Shown piece by piece: positions 18,333-27,014 of a DNA stretch of 64,000 nucleotides (its first letter is position 1; the number at the start of each line of letters is the position of its first letter). Source of the DNA: Bernardetiaceae bacterium. Lineage in GTDB: Bacteria > Bacteroidota > Bacteroidia > Cytophagales > Thermoflexibacteraceae. The position numbers and the translations under genes are program-made. The notes beneath the pieces are model-generated. The model made no database searches, was not told the DNA's origin, and saw only the letters and a program-made list of their open reading frames with translations. The stretch spans positions 8,371-72,370 of the forward strand of contig JBIKRY010000001.1 of NCBI GenBank assembly GCA_044348925.1. The letters are read 5' to 3'.

Positions 18333-18911
18333 ATGAAAAACAATATTCAACAAATTATTGCAACAAGTATTGCAGTAAAACAACAGGTTTTGACCAATGA
18401 TAACTTGTTGCAAAGTGTAGAAAAAATAATAGCAACGGTAGTACAAGCCTATCAACTCGACAAAAGAGTGTATTTTTGTGGAAATGGTGGCAGTGCTGCA
18501 GATGCACAACATTTGGCAGCCGAATTTTCGGGCAGATTTTATATCAATCGCAAGCCTTTATATGCAGAGGCATTGCACGTAAATACATCTTATATTACTG
18601 CGGTGGCAAATGATTTTTCTTACAACGAAATTTATGCACGAATGATAGAAGCAGCAGGCAGAAAAGGAGATATTCTGTTTGCGATTTCTACCTCTGGAAA
18701 CTCCCAAAATATTTTGCAAGCTATAGAAGTAGCCAAAAAACAAGGCGTAATTTGTATAGGAATGACAGGGGAAACAGGTGGAAAAATGAAAGAAACCTGC
18801 GATTTTTTGCTCAATGTGCCTTCCAAAGAAACCCCAAGAATACAAGAAGCACATATTTTATTGGGGCATATTATCTGTGAATTGGTAGAAAAAGAATTGT
18901 TTGGAAAATAA
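18333..18911 (+). CDS. gmhA: D-sedoheptulose-7-phosphate isomerase (SIS domain)
   Basis: It has FCGNGGSAADAQHLAAEF and AISTSGNSQNIL SIS motifs. The ATG at 18333 lies 3 nt after the phoD-like stop. The track ORF start at 18252 overlaps the upstream gene. Confidence 0.85.
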   Translation: MKNNIQQIIATSIAVKQQVLTNDNLLQSVEKIIATVVQAYQLDKRVYFCGNGGSAADAQHLAAEFSGRFYINRKPLYAEALHVNTSYITAVANDFSYNEIYARMIEAAGRKGDILFAISTSGNSQNILQAIEVAKKQGVICIGMTGETGGKMKETCDFLLNVPSKETPRIQEAHILLGHIICELVEKELFGK

Positions 18912-19078
18912 CATTTATATATATTTTTATATTATCAAAACATTTTAAAGTTTTTTTTAGTTTATTTAATGTATTCTAATATTGTTTTAATATGTAAATT
19001 TAGTAAATATATTTAATGTATTGCGTGCTAATTAAAATATTAAACATAAAAATACACTAAACAATTATCAAAAAACAA

Positions 19079-19822
19079 ATGAAAATTTATAAAATTATTT
19101 TAATTGTCATTTTTGCAAATATCTGTGCAAAATCTTATGGGCAATCTCTTATTGCAGGTATTCCAAGTGCAGATGTAGTTGGTAAAAACCACTTAGAACT
19201 CACTCACGAAAGCCAAATAAATACGTGGAAAAATCCCGACAAGTTTTATTGGTCGGGATTCAACTTTCTTACATATGGTTTGGGCAATGGATTGGAAATA
19301 GGGGTAATGGCAATTAATTTAACCAATCAAAATATGGACAACCTAACTACAGGTTTTGGTTTTAAAAAAGTCCATCAGATTTTTAAAAATTCTTGGGAAA
19401 AAGGAGAGGTAAAACTTACTTTTGGACAGAGTGTGCTTTTTTCTTTACAAAAGCCTGAAGTTGGCGGTTGGGCATATAGCCACGCAAGTTTTCGTATGCC
19501 AATACTCAAAACCCGTCTAACAGGAGGTCTTACCTACGGTTCTCCGTTATTTTTTGGTATGCCAACAGTTACCAATAGTGATGGCACGAAATTAGAAGTA
19601 GATAAGGCAGTGCTTTCTGCTATGTTTGGTTTTGAGCAACCAATTAGCAAAAAATTTAGTATTATCGCAGATTGGTATTCTGGCTCTCACGATTTGGCTG
19701 CGTTGATTACGGCTTTTCAATGGAATATCGGACACCAAACACTCATTGTAGGCTATAAAACAAAAAATAATTTGCCAATGAGAGATGGATTTATTATTAC
19801 CGAACTTATGATTCATTTTTAA
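19079..19822 (+). CDS. Putative outer-membrane protein, function unknown
   Basis: It has a signal peptide (…AKSYGQ) and the C-terminal ELMIHF. Confidence 0.55.
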   Translation: MKIYKIILIVIFANICAKSYGQSLIAGIPSADVVGKNHLELTHESQINTWKNPDKFYWSGFNFLTYGLGNGLEIGVMAINLTNQNMDNLTTGFGFKKVHQIFKNSWEKGEVKLTFGQSVLFSLQKPEVGGWAYSHASFRMPILKTRLTGGLTYGSPLFFGMPTVTNSDGTKLEVDKAVLSAMFGFEQPISKKFSIIADWYSGSHDLAALITAFQWNIGHQTLIVGYKTKNNLPMRDGFIITELMIHF

Positions 19823-19851
19823 TTTTGTAAAAGATAAATCTAAATTGTATA

Positions 19852-19947
19852 AAAACCCCTACAAAGTAGCTAAACTTTGTAGGGGTTTATTATACAATTT
19901 TAAAAATTCTTAATTTATTAATGGTTTACGTTTAAACAAAATACGAC
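19852..19947 (-). repeat. att-like direct repeat, copy 1 (degenerate fadB-like 3' end plus stem-loop)
   Basis: The stem-loop is cccctacaaagt-agcta-actttgtagggg (19856-19885). ttaatttattaatggtttacgtttaaacaaaatac (19910-19944) is a degenerate copy of the last 37 nt of the CDS ending at 22761. Confidence 0.8.
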
Positions 19948-19955
19948 CTCAAAAA

Positions 19956-20285
19956 CTACTTTTTCTTAGCTTCTTCCCAAACCCATAAACGCAAAATACG
20001 ACCTTCATAATAGTCTATTTTTACATATTTTCCTGTCTTAATAACATTACCTTCCCCCTCATACCCTAATGCCTTGTGCCTAATAAAATTATTTCGGTAA
20101 CTAAACTTTACTTTTCTCACTGTAAAAGTTTCCTCTTTTCTGCCATTTCCTTTCGTGAAGTTAGTTACTTTGTCTTCAATAGTTGCCCATTTTTTAGCAT
20201 TTTTTTTGAATTCTAAGTAATCTGATGCCACAAGTAGTGTGAATATACTTCCCCATGTTACACAGAATGCAATAAAAAATATCAT
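19956..20285 (-). CDS. Small membrane-anchored hypothetical protein
   Basis: The ATG at 20285 opens MIFFIAFCVTWGSIFTLLVA, a single TM segment, followed by a basic soluble domain. The track start at 20300 is a TTG. Confidence 0.5.
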   Translation of the reverse strand: MIFFIAFCVTWGSIFTLLVASDYLEFKKNAKKWATIEDKVTNFTKGNGRKEETFTVRKVKFSYRNNFIRHKALGYEGEGNVIKTGKYVKIDYYEGRILRLWVWEEAKKK

Positions 20286-20293
20286 CTTAGCTA

Positions 20294-20446
20294 TTAGCAA
20301 TATTTTATAGTGAGTTTTGTTGGTATTAGTTTTTCTACTTTAACTCGCATGATAGAAATCGTACCTACTAAAAACATTATACACAGAAATATAGGAATAG
20401 AAGAAACTATACCATTATTCTCAAAATCATAATACTGCACCCACAT
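20294..20446 (-). CDS. Possible 50-aa membrane micro-ORF (below the ORF-track size cut-off)
   Basis: My translation is MWVQYYDFENNGIVSSIPIFLCIMFLVGTISIMRVKVEKLIPTKLTIKYC*. It ends 8 nt before the next ORF start on the same strand. Confidence 0.25.
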   Translation of the reverse strand: MWVQYYDFENNGIVSSIPIFLCIMFLVGTISIMRVKVEKLIPTKLTIKYC

Positions 20447-20475
20447 GAAAATTATTGTTTAGACTTTCACAAACG

Positions 20476-20577
20476 AAAAAAACCTTACAAAGTTTTTGAA
20501 AACTTTATAAGGTTTAAATAAATTAAACTAGGATATTTCTTAATTTCTCAACGGTTTCCCTTTAAACAAAATACTAT
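20476..20577 (-). repeat. att-like direct repeat, copy 2
   Basis: 20540-20576 is identical over 37 nt to 22761-22797, the fadB-like stop codon and last codons. Next to it is the stem-loop accttacaaagttt...aaactttataaggt. Confidence 0.85.
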
Positions 20578-20584
20578 TATTTAA

Positions 20585-22660
20585 TTATAAAATTGCCAAA
20601 GTAGGAGTAGTAATTTTATCTTTCTGATATACTTGCTGAATGAGATATAGAGCATATTCTATTTGGTTTCGGTGCGAAACTTTAAATTCTACCTCTCCTG
20701 TTCCCCAATGACCTATTTTAGAAACATCACGACATAATTTATCTTTATCTTCTATTTCCGTAAAAGCCAAGTTAATACACAATCTTAAACCTGATCTTAA
20801 AGGTACAATACTAACCAAACTACGCCCTCGTTTGTAGTCAATAGTTTGTTTACGTATTTCCTCTTTTATGTGGTTATCAATTTGTAAGATTTTTGTTTGT
20901 AATATTTCAAATATTTCTAAGGTATTACCTTCTAAATAATCTGCATTATGCATAGTTTCAAGTGTATAACTTTCATTATTATCCATAGAAATAGATTTCG
21001 GAATAGTATTTTCTCCAAAATATGACCAAATACTAATAGCTTTTTCTGCTAACCACTCAGCCCTTTGTTTAATTTCATTAACTGTCCAATTATTTACTTC
21101 AAAATCGGTAAAATAATTATTTAAACCAATTTTACTATCTTTAAAAAGGTCTTTCTTTTGTGTGAAAGGTTTATTAGATAATTCGCTATTGTATTTTGTA
21201 AGTGTCAAATTACCAATATTATCTAACCACATTTCATGAGCATATTCATAGTGTTCTCCCAAATCATTTTTCCACAAATCATTCAAGGTTTGTGGCATAA
21301 TATGCTCTATACTACAATCTACAAGGTTAGTTTGTTCTTTGTGATTAAAAGCCTCCTCAATAGTTTCTAAAATAAGTTTTGTTCTTATTTTTTTCTCTCC
21401 TCCACCATACATTTTTGCTTCTAAGAAATTGTGTCTAAATTCTGCATCTCTTGGATATTCTTTGTTTTGTAAAACTAATCTTACCCCTTCTTTTAAATCA
21501 TTTGTAGATTGTTTTTTAGCCTGCCTATATAGTTCAGGAAATAATTTATTTAACTCTCTACCTTGTATATTACAAATAATTCTGCGTATCATAAAATTTT
21601 CTACCAATTTGAAAATTTCAAGAAAATTATCTATTGACAAAGTCCCATTATCATATTCTTCGTAACAATTCAAAAAGAAAGGATAAGAGGTTGTAACTTG
21701 TAGTTGATTAATTCTTGCAATGGCTTTGGCTATTTTTTTATTCGGTTCATTACTAACATCTAATAATCTACTATAATAGCCTGAAAATTTAGCTAAATCT
21801 TTTAGTTTTTCCTCTGCTTGGGCTTTGTCAATAATATCTTTGAGTTTAAAATATACATCTGCTTCTTTCACAAAACCTTCATCTTTAATCAAATAATGAC
21901 GTACGCAATCTTGTAGCTTATTATCTAATTTACTTTGCATAGGTAGCCAATATTTTTCGTATATTGTATCATGCTTATCAGTGTGAATACGCATGAAGAA
22001 ATAGTTCCTAATCAAATCACTTTGAGTTAGTGAAAGCCCTGTGGCATTTAAACTTTCAAAAACTAAATAAGGGTCATCACCTTTGTCCATTTCTAAGACA
22101 ATACCTACCATAGACAAATAACCAGTGATGATTTCTTTAAAGCTATTTAGATTAATTTGATTAGCTCGTATTTTTGTGTAGAAGAAGTTATATGCTTTGT
22201 TTATTGCATTATCCTCGTTAGTCTTTTCTTTTTTAACTAATCCGTAGTAGCTTTTTCTATCGATTTGTGTAAGTTGTAATTTATAAAAATCTTGTCCTTC
22301 CTTCCGTTTATTGGTGAGATACAATTCTGTTATATCATCAGCTAAATTATTGTCGTTTTGACCTAGTGCTAAATCACGCATAACAATCAATAAAATAGAC
22401 AAAGTTGTGTACCTTTGCTGCCCATCAATCAAAAGAAATTTTGGTACACCTTGCGGTACAGAAACCACTTGCATAGTAACCAAAGAACCAATAAAATGAG
22501 TTCTTCGTTTTTCTGCTTCATCATTATAAAGTCCTATTAGGTCTTTCCATAATTTTTCCCAATGCTTTTTTTCCCAACTGTAAGACCTTTGAAATAAAGG
22601 GATAACATATTGTTTTGTTCCTTCTAAGATATGCTGAAAAATTGTTTGTGATGCTTGCAT
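20585..22660 (-). CDS. GmrSD-like type IV restriction endonuclease family protein (DUF262 N-terminal, DUF1524 HNH-like domain) with an extra C-terminal domain
   Basis: The DUF262 hallmark is YVIPLFQRSYSWEKKHWEKLWKDL plus LIDGQQRYTT. The DUF1524-type motif is CSIEHIMPQ...WLDNIGNLTL. About 130 further residues follow. Confidence 0.8.
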   Translation of the reverse strand: MQASQTIFQHILEGTKQYVIPLFQRSYSWEKKHWEKLWKDLIGLYNDEAEKRRTHFIGSLVTMQVVSVPQGVPKFLLIDGQQRYTTLSILLIVMRDLALGQNDNNLADDITELYLTNKRKEGQDFYKLQLTQIDRKSYYGLVKKEKTNEDNAINKAYNFFYTKIRANQINLNSFKEIITGYLSMVGIVLEMDKGDDPYLVFESLNATGLSLTQSDLIRNYFFMRIHTDKHDTIYEKYWLPMQSKLDNKLQDCVRHYLIKDEGFVKEADVYFKLKDIIDKAQAEEKLKDLAKFSGYYSRLLDVSNEPNKKIAKAIARINQLQVTTSYPFFLNCYEEYDNGTLSIDNFLEIFKLVENFMIRRIICNIQGRELNKLFPELYRQAKKQSTNDLKEGVRLVLQNKEYPRDAEFRHNFLEAKMYGGGEKKIRTKLILETIEEAFNHKEQTNLVDCSIEHIMPQTLNDLWKNDLGEHYEYAHEMWLDNIGNLTLTKYNSELSNKPFTQKKDLFKDSKIGLNNYFTDFEVNNWTVNEIKQRAEWLAEKAISIWSYFGENTIPKSISMDNNESYTLETMHNADYLEGNTLEIFEILQTKILQIDNHIKEEIRKQTIDYKRGRSLVSIVPLRSGLRLCINLAFTEIEDKDKLCRDVSKIGHWGTGEVEFKVSHRNQIEYALYLIQQVYQKDKITTPTLAIL

Positions 22661-22704
22661 AAAATAAATTTATATTTTTTGATGTATCTTACAATTATAA
22701 ACAA

Positions 22705-22738
22705 AAAACCTACAAAGTTGCTAAACTTTGTAGGTTTT
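22705..22738 (-). terminator. Stem-loop terminator of the fadB-like gene (part of att-like repeat copy 3, 22703-22797)
   Basis: cctacaaagtt-gcta-aactttgtagg is flanked by A-run and T-run. It lies 22 nt after the stop. Confidence 0.6.
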
Positions 22739-22760
22739 TATTACACAATTTTTAAAATTA

Positions 22761-25166
22761 TTAATTTCTCAACGGTTTCCCTTTAAACAAAATACTATGT
22801 ATTCTCTCCAAAGTTTTCTTTTCGCCACACAATGACAAAAAGGCTTCTCTTTCGAGGTCAAGCAAATATTGTTCAGAAACCAAAGTCGGATAAGATAAAT
22901 CACCACCAGCCATAACGTAAGCCAATTTTTTAGCAATTAAAGCATCGTGTTCAGAAATATAATTACCCATTTTCATACCTACAATACCTGCGTGGAACAA
23001 TGCCAAAGCCGTTTTTCCGTGAACTTTAATATCTGTACGTTGAACAGGTTGAGAATAACCAGCCTCATATAAAGCTAAAGCTGTTTCTTTTGCCTCTGCA
23101 ATTAAACGCATACGGTTCATTGTAATAGGGCTATCTTTGTGCAAAACGCCATTTGCCATAGCTTCCGCCGCTGACATAGAAACTTTTGCAGTCGCAATCG
23201 TCATAAACATTTCTTGCAAACGGTTCAATTCTGCATCACCTGTAGCATAGCTATCAGAAGCACGCAAAACTAATTCTTTTGTGCCACCTCCCGCAGGAAT
23301 TACACCCACACCAAACTCTACTAAGCCCATGTAAGTTTCTGGGTGAACTTGCACTTTATCGCAATGCAAAGTTGTTTCGCAACCACCACCCAAAGCCAAA
23401 CCTGCCAAAGCCGAAACCACAGGAATTGACGAATAACGCAAACGCATCATTGTGTTTTGGAATTGTGCAATCATCATATTTACTTCGTCCCACTCTTGCT
23501 CACCTGCATACATAAACAACATTGCCAAGTTTGCACCTGCTGAGAAATTAGGACTTTCATTGCCAATTACCAAACCTTTGAAGTTTTCCTCAGCTTTTGC
23601 AACCGCAGTTGTCAAACCTTCTAAAACTTCTGCACCAATAGAATTCATTTTTGAATGGAACTCTAAACCTAAAACTCCATCTCCTAAATCAAATAATGTG
23701 CTACCTGCATTGCCCCAAACTTTGTTAGATTTACGCAAAGTATCTAACAAAATAAAGTCTTCTGTACCTGCAACTACTTTGTAAGATTTTGTAGGAATAT
23801 CGTAATAATATTGTTTGCCATTTTCTAATTTATAGAAACTTGTATGACCTGCTGCCACCATTTCTTTTACCCAAGCTGCTACTTTATGACCTGCTGCTTC
23901 AATTTTTGTAACAGTTTCTGCCACACCTAACAAATCCCACGTTTCAAAAATACCCACTTCCCAACCAAAACCAGCTTTAATTGCTTGGTCAATTCTAAAT
24001 AATTCGTTAGCAATTTCAGGAATACGATTTGCAGCATATTGGAAAATATCATAGTGCATTTTGCGATAAAATTCTCCTGCTTTGTCTGTTGCATTGATTA
24101 ATAAAGGCAATTTCTTTTTCACATCATCAATATCTTTCACAGCTTCCAAAGCCTTAAAACTTGCTTTCACTCTTGGTTTATATTCCAAAGTTTGCATATC
24201 TAAGGTTAAAATTTCGCCTTTGTCGCCTTTGCTACGGTCTTTCATGAAGAAACCTTTACCTGTTTTGTCGCCCAACCACTTGTTTTCCATCAACTTTTCA
24301 ACAATTTTTGGCAATTTTAATCTTTCTCTACTTTCGTCATGTGGCACTGCTGCATACAAGTTTTTCGCAACATTCACCGTTGTATCCAAACCAACAACAT
24401 CAGAAGTACGGAAAGTTGCAGATTTTGCGTGTCCAATCACTGTACCTGTCAATAAATCAGCCTCGTCAATCGTTAAACCCATTTCTTCAACCAAGTGAAT
24501 AGTAGAAATTAACGAGTAAACTCCTACACGATTGGCAATAAATGCAGGCGTATCTTTACACAAAACAGTTTCTTTACCTAAAAATAAATCTCCGTAGTGC
24601 ATCAAGAAATCAACTACATCTTTGTCTGTTTTTTCTGTTGGGATAATTTCCAACAAACGCATATAACGTGGCGGATTGAAAAAGTGTGTACCGCAGAAAT
24701 GTTTTTGGAAATCTTCACTTCTGCCATCAAGCATCAAATGAATTGGAATACCCGAAGTGTTAGACGTGATTAAAGTTCCTTTTTTGCGGAATTTCTCTAC
24801 TTGTTCAAAAACTTGTTTTTTAATGTCTAATCTTTCCACAACTACCTCAATAACCCAATCGTAATCAGCAATTTTTTTCATATCATCAGTAAAATTGCCT
24901 AATTTGATACGACTTGCGTGTTTAGCATTATACAAAGAAGCTGGTTTTCCTTTTAAAGTGTTTTGAAAAGCCTCATTTACAATTCTATTACGAACTGCTG
25001 GGCTTTCTAAGGTTAAACCTTTTGCTTTTTCGGCATCATTTGTGTCATTTGGCACAATGTCGAGCAATAAAACTTCAACGCCAATGTTAGCGAAGTGGCA
25101 CGCAATGCGTGAACCCATAATTCCAGAGCCTAAAATGGCTACTTTTTTGATGATTCTATTTTTCAT
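22761..25166 (-). CDS. Fused 3-hydroxyacyl-CoA dehydrogenase / enoyl-CoA hydratase (FadB-like)
   Basis: The N-terminal Rossmann motif is VAILGSGIMGSRIA and the C-terminal half is crotonase-like (ALAGLALGGGCE). The ATG at 25166 (MKNRIIKKVAILG) is preferred. Confidence 0.9.
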   Translation of the reverse strand: MKNRIIKKVAILGSGIMGSRIACHFANIGVEVLLLDIVPNDTNDAEKAKGLTLESPAVRNRIVNEAFQNTLKGKPASLYNAKHASRIKLGNFTDDMKKIADYDWVIEVVVERLDIKKQVFEQVEKFRKKGTLITSNTSGIPIHLMLDGRSEDFQKHFCGTHFFNPPRYMRLLEIIPTEKTDKDVVDFLMHYGDLFLGKETVLCKDTPAFIANRVGVYSLISTIHLVEEMGLTIDEADLLTGTVIGHAKSATFRTSDVVGLDTTVNVAKNLYAAVPHDESRERLKLPKIVEKLMENKWLGDKTGKGFFMKDRSKGDKGEILTLDMQTLEYKPRVKASFKALEAVKDIDDVKKKLPLLINATDKAGEFYRKMHYDIFQYAANRIPEIANELFRIDQAIKAGFGWEVGIFETWDLLGVAETVTKIEAAGHKVAAWVKEMVAAGHTSFYKLENGKQYYYDIPTKSYKVVAGTEDFILLDTLRKSNKVWGNAGSTLFDLGDGVLGLEFHSKMNSIGAEVLEGLTTAVAKAEENFKGLVIGNESPNFSAGANLAMLFMYAGEQEWDEVNMMIAQFQNTMMRLRYSSIPVVSALAGLALGGGCETTLHCDKVQVHPETYMGLVEFGVGVIPAGGGTKELVLRASDSYATGDAELNRLQEMFMTIATAKVSMSAAEAMANGVLHKDSPITMNRMRLIAEAKETALALYEAGYSQPVQRTDIKVHGKTALALFHAGIVGMKMGNYISEHDALIAKKLAYVMAGGDLSYPTLVSEQYLLDLEREAFLSLCGEKKTLERIHSILFKGKPLRN

Positions 25167-25185
25167 TTTTTTATATAATTGTTTA

Positions 25186-25622
25186 TTTTTTACCGCCAAG
25201 TATGTTAAGGTCGCAAAGTTTTTTTCTTTGCGTTTCTCTGCGTAATCTCTGTAACCTCTGCGGTAAAAAGTTTAACCGCAAAGTACGCAGAGATTACGCT
25301 AAGGAAAAAACTTTGCGAACTTCTGCTTTTTGTTTTTTTACCGCCAAGTACGCTAAGGTTACGCAGAGTTATGCCAAGAAAAAACTTTGCGACCTTTGCG
25401 TAATCTTTGCGACCTCTGCGGTTAATCTTTTTTTACCGCTAAGTACGCTAAGGTTACGCAGGGTTACGCCAAGAAAATATAATTTTTGCGACCTTTGCGT
25501 AATCTTTGCGACCTCTGCGGTTAATCTTTTTTTACCGCTAAGTACCCTAAGGTTACGCAGGGTTACGCCAAGAAAATATAATTTTTGCGACCTTTGCGTA
25601 ATCTTTGCGACCTCTGCGGTTA
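25186..25622. repeat. Tandem array of palindromic units (99-bp period) filling the whole intergenic region
   Basis: tttgcgacctttgcgtaatctttgcgacctctgcggttaatc... recurs at 25385, 25484 and 25583, an exact 99-nt spacing. More degenerate units lie at 25186-25384. The two halves of each unit are imperfect reverse complements around taatcttttttta. Confidence 0.9.
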
Positions 25623-25629
25623 TATTTTT

Positions 25630-26007
25630 TTACAAACCATTTACAAATCTACGCAACCCATTTTTCATTAACAACGAATGAAAATTAAGTAAATATCCTA
25701 ACTTACAGCCTGATAATTTTAGATAATTTATAATTTGAGCCTCGTGGATAGGGTGAATTGCTTCTACAACTTTTAATTCTATGATAACTTTGTTAGCCAC
25801 CACCAAATCTGCCCGATAAGCAACTTCCATTTTCACACCTTTATAAATTAAAGGCAACTCTTTTTCTTTTTCTACTTCTAATCCTCTTTTTGTGAGTTCG
25901 TAATATAGACATTCTTGGTATGCTTTTTCTAACAAACCAACACCTAATGCTCTATGTACTGTAATAGCACAATCTACTACAATTGTTCCGATTTCATTTT
26001 CTGTCAT
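25630..26007 (-). CDS. GxxExxY protein (PD-(D/E)XK-fold family)
   Basis: It has GVGLLEKAYQECL (G-x-x-E-x-x-Y), DLVVANKVIIELK and the C-terminal GYLLNF, the family signature as I recall it. The start is MTENEIG at 26007. Confidence 0.8.
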   Translation of the reverse strand: MTENEIGTIVVDCAITVHRALGVGLLEKAYQECLYYELTKRGLEVEKEKELPLIYKGVKMEVAYRADLVVANKVIIELKVVEAIHPIHEAQIINYLKLSGCKLGYLLNFHSLLMKNGLRRFVNGL

Positions 26008-26011
26008 AATT

Positions 26012-26602
26012 TTATTGCAAAACAATATATTTCAAAATTCCTAAAATCTGTTCTAATTGATTAAGATAATATCTTTGTATATCTACATAAATAATATTAT
26101 TTTCTAATTTCAAAAACTGCCAATCTTCGCCTGTTGTAACACAGCCATAAATAGTTTTTGCAGGTTTATTTTCATTTTCGTTATAAACTTTTGCTCCCAA
26201 CATTTGTGCAGTGCATTGTCCTAAGCCTAATTTAATATTACTGTCTTTTGCCTCCACCATACAAAAAATAGGAGATTCGATTGTATTCGTTTGTGCGGAA
26301 TGACACAAAATAAAATCACATTCGCCATTTAAACCTTGTTCTTTATCTGCATCGAGTAAAGCACCTGAATAAATGGCTATTTGTTGCAAACAAATTTCTT
26401 TTAATTCAAGCAAAATTGGCATAACAATAGTCTCAGACCTTGATTTTTCACTAATATAAGCCAAAGTCAAACTTCTTTTCAAGGTTTCTTTTAGCCATTC
26501 ACTTTGTGGAATAGCCGAAATATTGCTAAAAAGGTTTTCATTTTGTTCTGTCAAAACAAATTTTCTTTTTATTTCTTTGAATGTAAAGTCTGAAAATGCC
26601 AT
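26012..26602 (-). CDS. PD-(D/E)XK-like hypothetical protein (paralogue of 32433-33056)
   Basis: It has GECDFIL ... FCMVEAKD ... GQCTAQMLGA, a D...ExK...Q arrangement. It shares MxFSDF, IYGCVTTGEDWQFLKLE and other blocks with the 32433-33056 product. Confidence 0.6.
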   Translation of the reverse strand: MAFSDFTFKEIKRKFVLTEQNENLFSNISAIPQSEWLKETLKRSLTLAYISEKSRSETIVMPILLELKEICLQQIAIYSGALLDADKEQGLNGECDFILCHSAQTNTIESPIFCMVEAKDSNIKLGLGQCTAQMLGAKVYNENENKPAKTIYGCVTTGEDWQFLKLENNIIYVDIQRYYLNQLEQILGILKYIVLQ

Positions 26603-26614
26603 AGAATATTAAGT

Positions 26615-27007
26615 TTATTTGTTAAATAATTTCTTAAAATCAAAGGTAAGCATAATGCCTCCAAATAATGAAATAAAACTTGTAAAAGCTAACAAAGCTA
26701 ACAATAACCAAGGCACATAAATAGAAAATAACCACCCCAAAAGCAACCAAGCAATTAAAGCAGCAGTTAAGTACATACCCACAAACACAATACCTGCAAA
26801 GCCTGCTATTATCAATAAAACTCCTATTGCTATGGAATACCACTTTTTCTTTTTTATTTTCTTTACTTTTCTGATTTTGTAAGAACTTACAATTTGTAGA
26901 TTTGCAGTTTTACTATCTTGTAATAGAATATTTGCCACTTGCATACTATAACAAGGCACAAAAACCATAAAAATACTTAGTAATAAAATTAAAAAACGGA
27001 TATACAT
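26615..27007 (-). CDS. Small membrane protein, tandem paralogue A
   Basis: The start is MYIRFLILLLSIFMVFVPCYSMQVA at 27007. A signal-like N-terminus is followed by a KKIKKKKW patch and then about 3 TM segments. Confidence 0.6.
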   Translation of the reverse strand: MYIRFLILLLSIFMVFVPCYSMQVANILLQDSKTANLQIVSSYKIRKVKKIKKKKWYSIAIGVLLIIAGFAGIVFVGMYLTAALIAWLLLGWLFSIYVPWLLLALLAFTSFISLFGGIMLTFDFKKLFNK

Positions 27008-27014
27008 AGCTGTT

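Noticed and set aside
19852-22797. Calling the att-flanked cassettes (and the leuS-associated insert at 3374-4880) genomic islands, ICEs or prophage remnants
   Set aside because: No integrase, transposase, excisionase, conjugation or phage structural gene is recognisable in or next to them. I therefore report only the repeat architecture and leave the mobility mechanism open.
25186-25622. Possible CRISPR array
   Set aside because: The units are contiguous 99-bp palindromic repeats with no unique spacers between them. No cas genes or leader are nearby, and the repeat length is outside the CRISPR range.
25202-25681. 159-aa plus-strand ORF (…LCVIFATSAVNLFLPLSTLRLRRVTPRKYNF… repeated)
   Set aside because: It is simply the translation of the 99-bp palindromic tandem array. 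The internal protein repeats mirror the DNA repeats, and the ORF overlaps the end of the GxxExxY gene.
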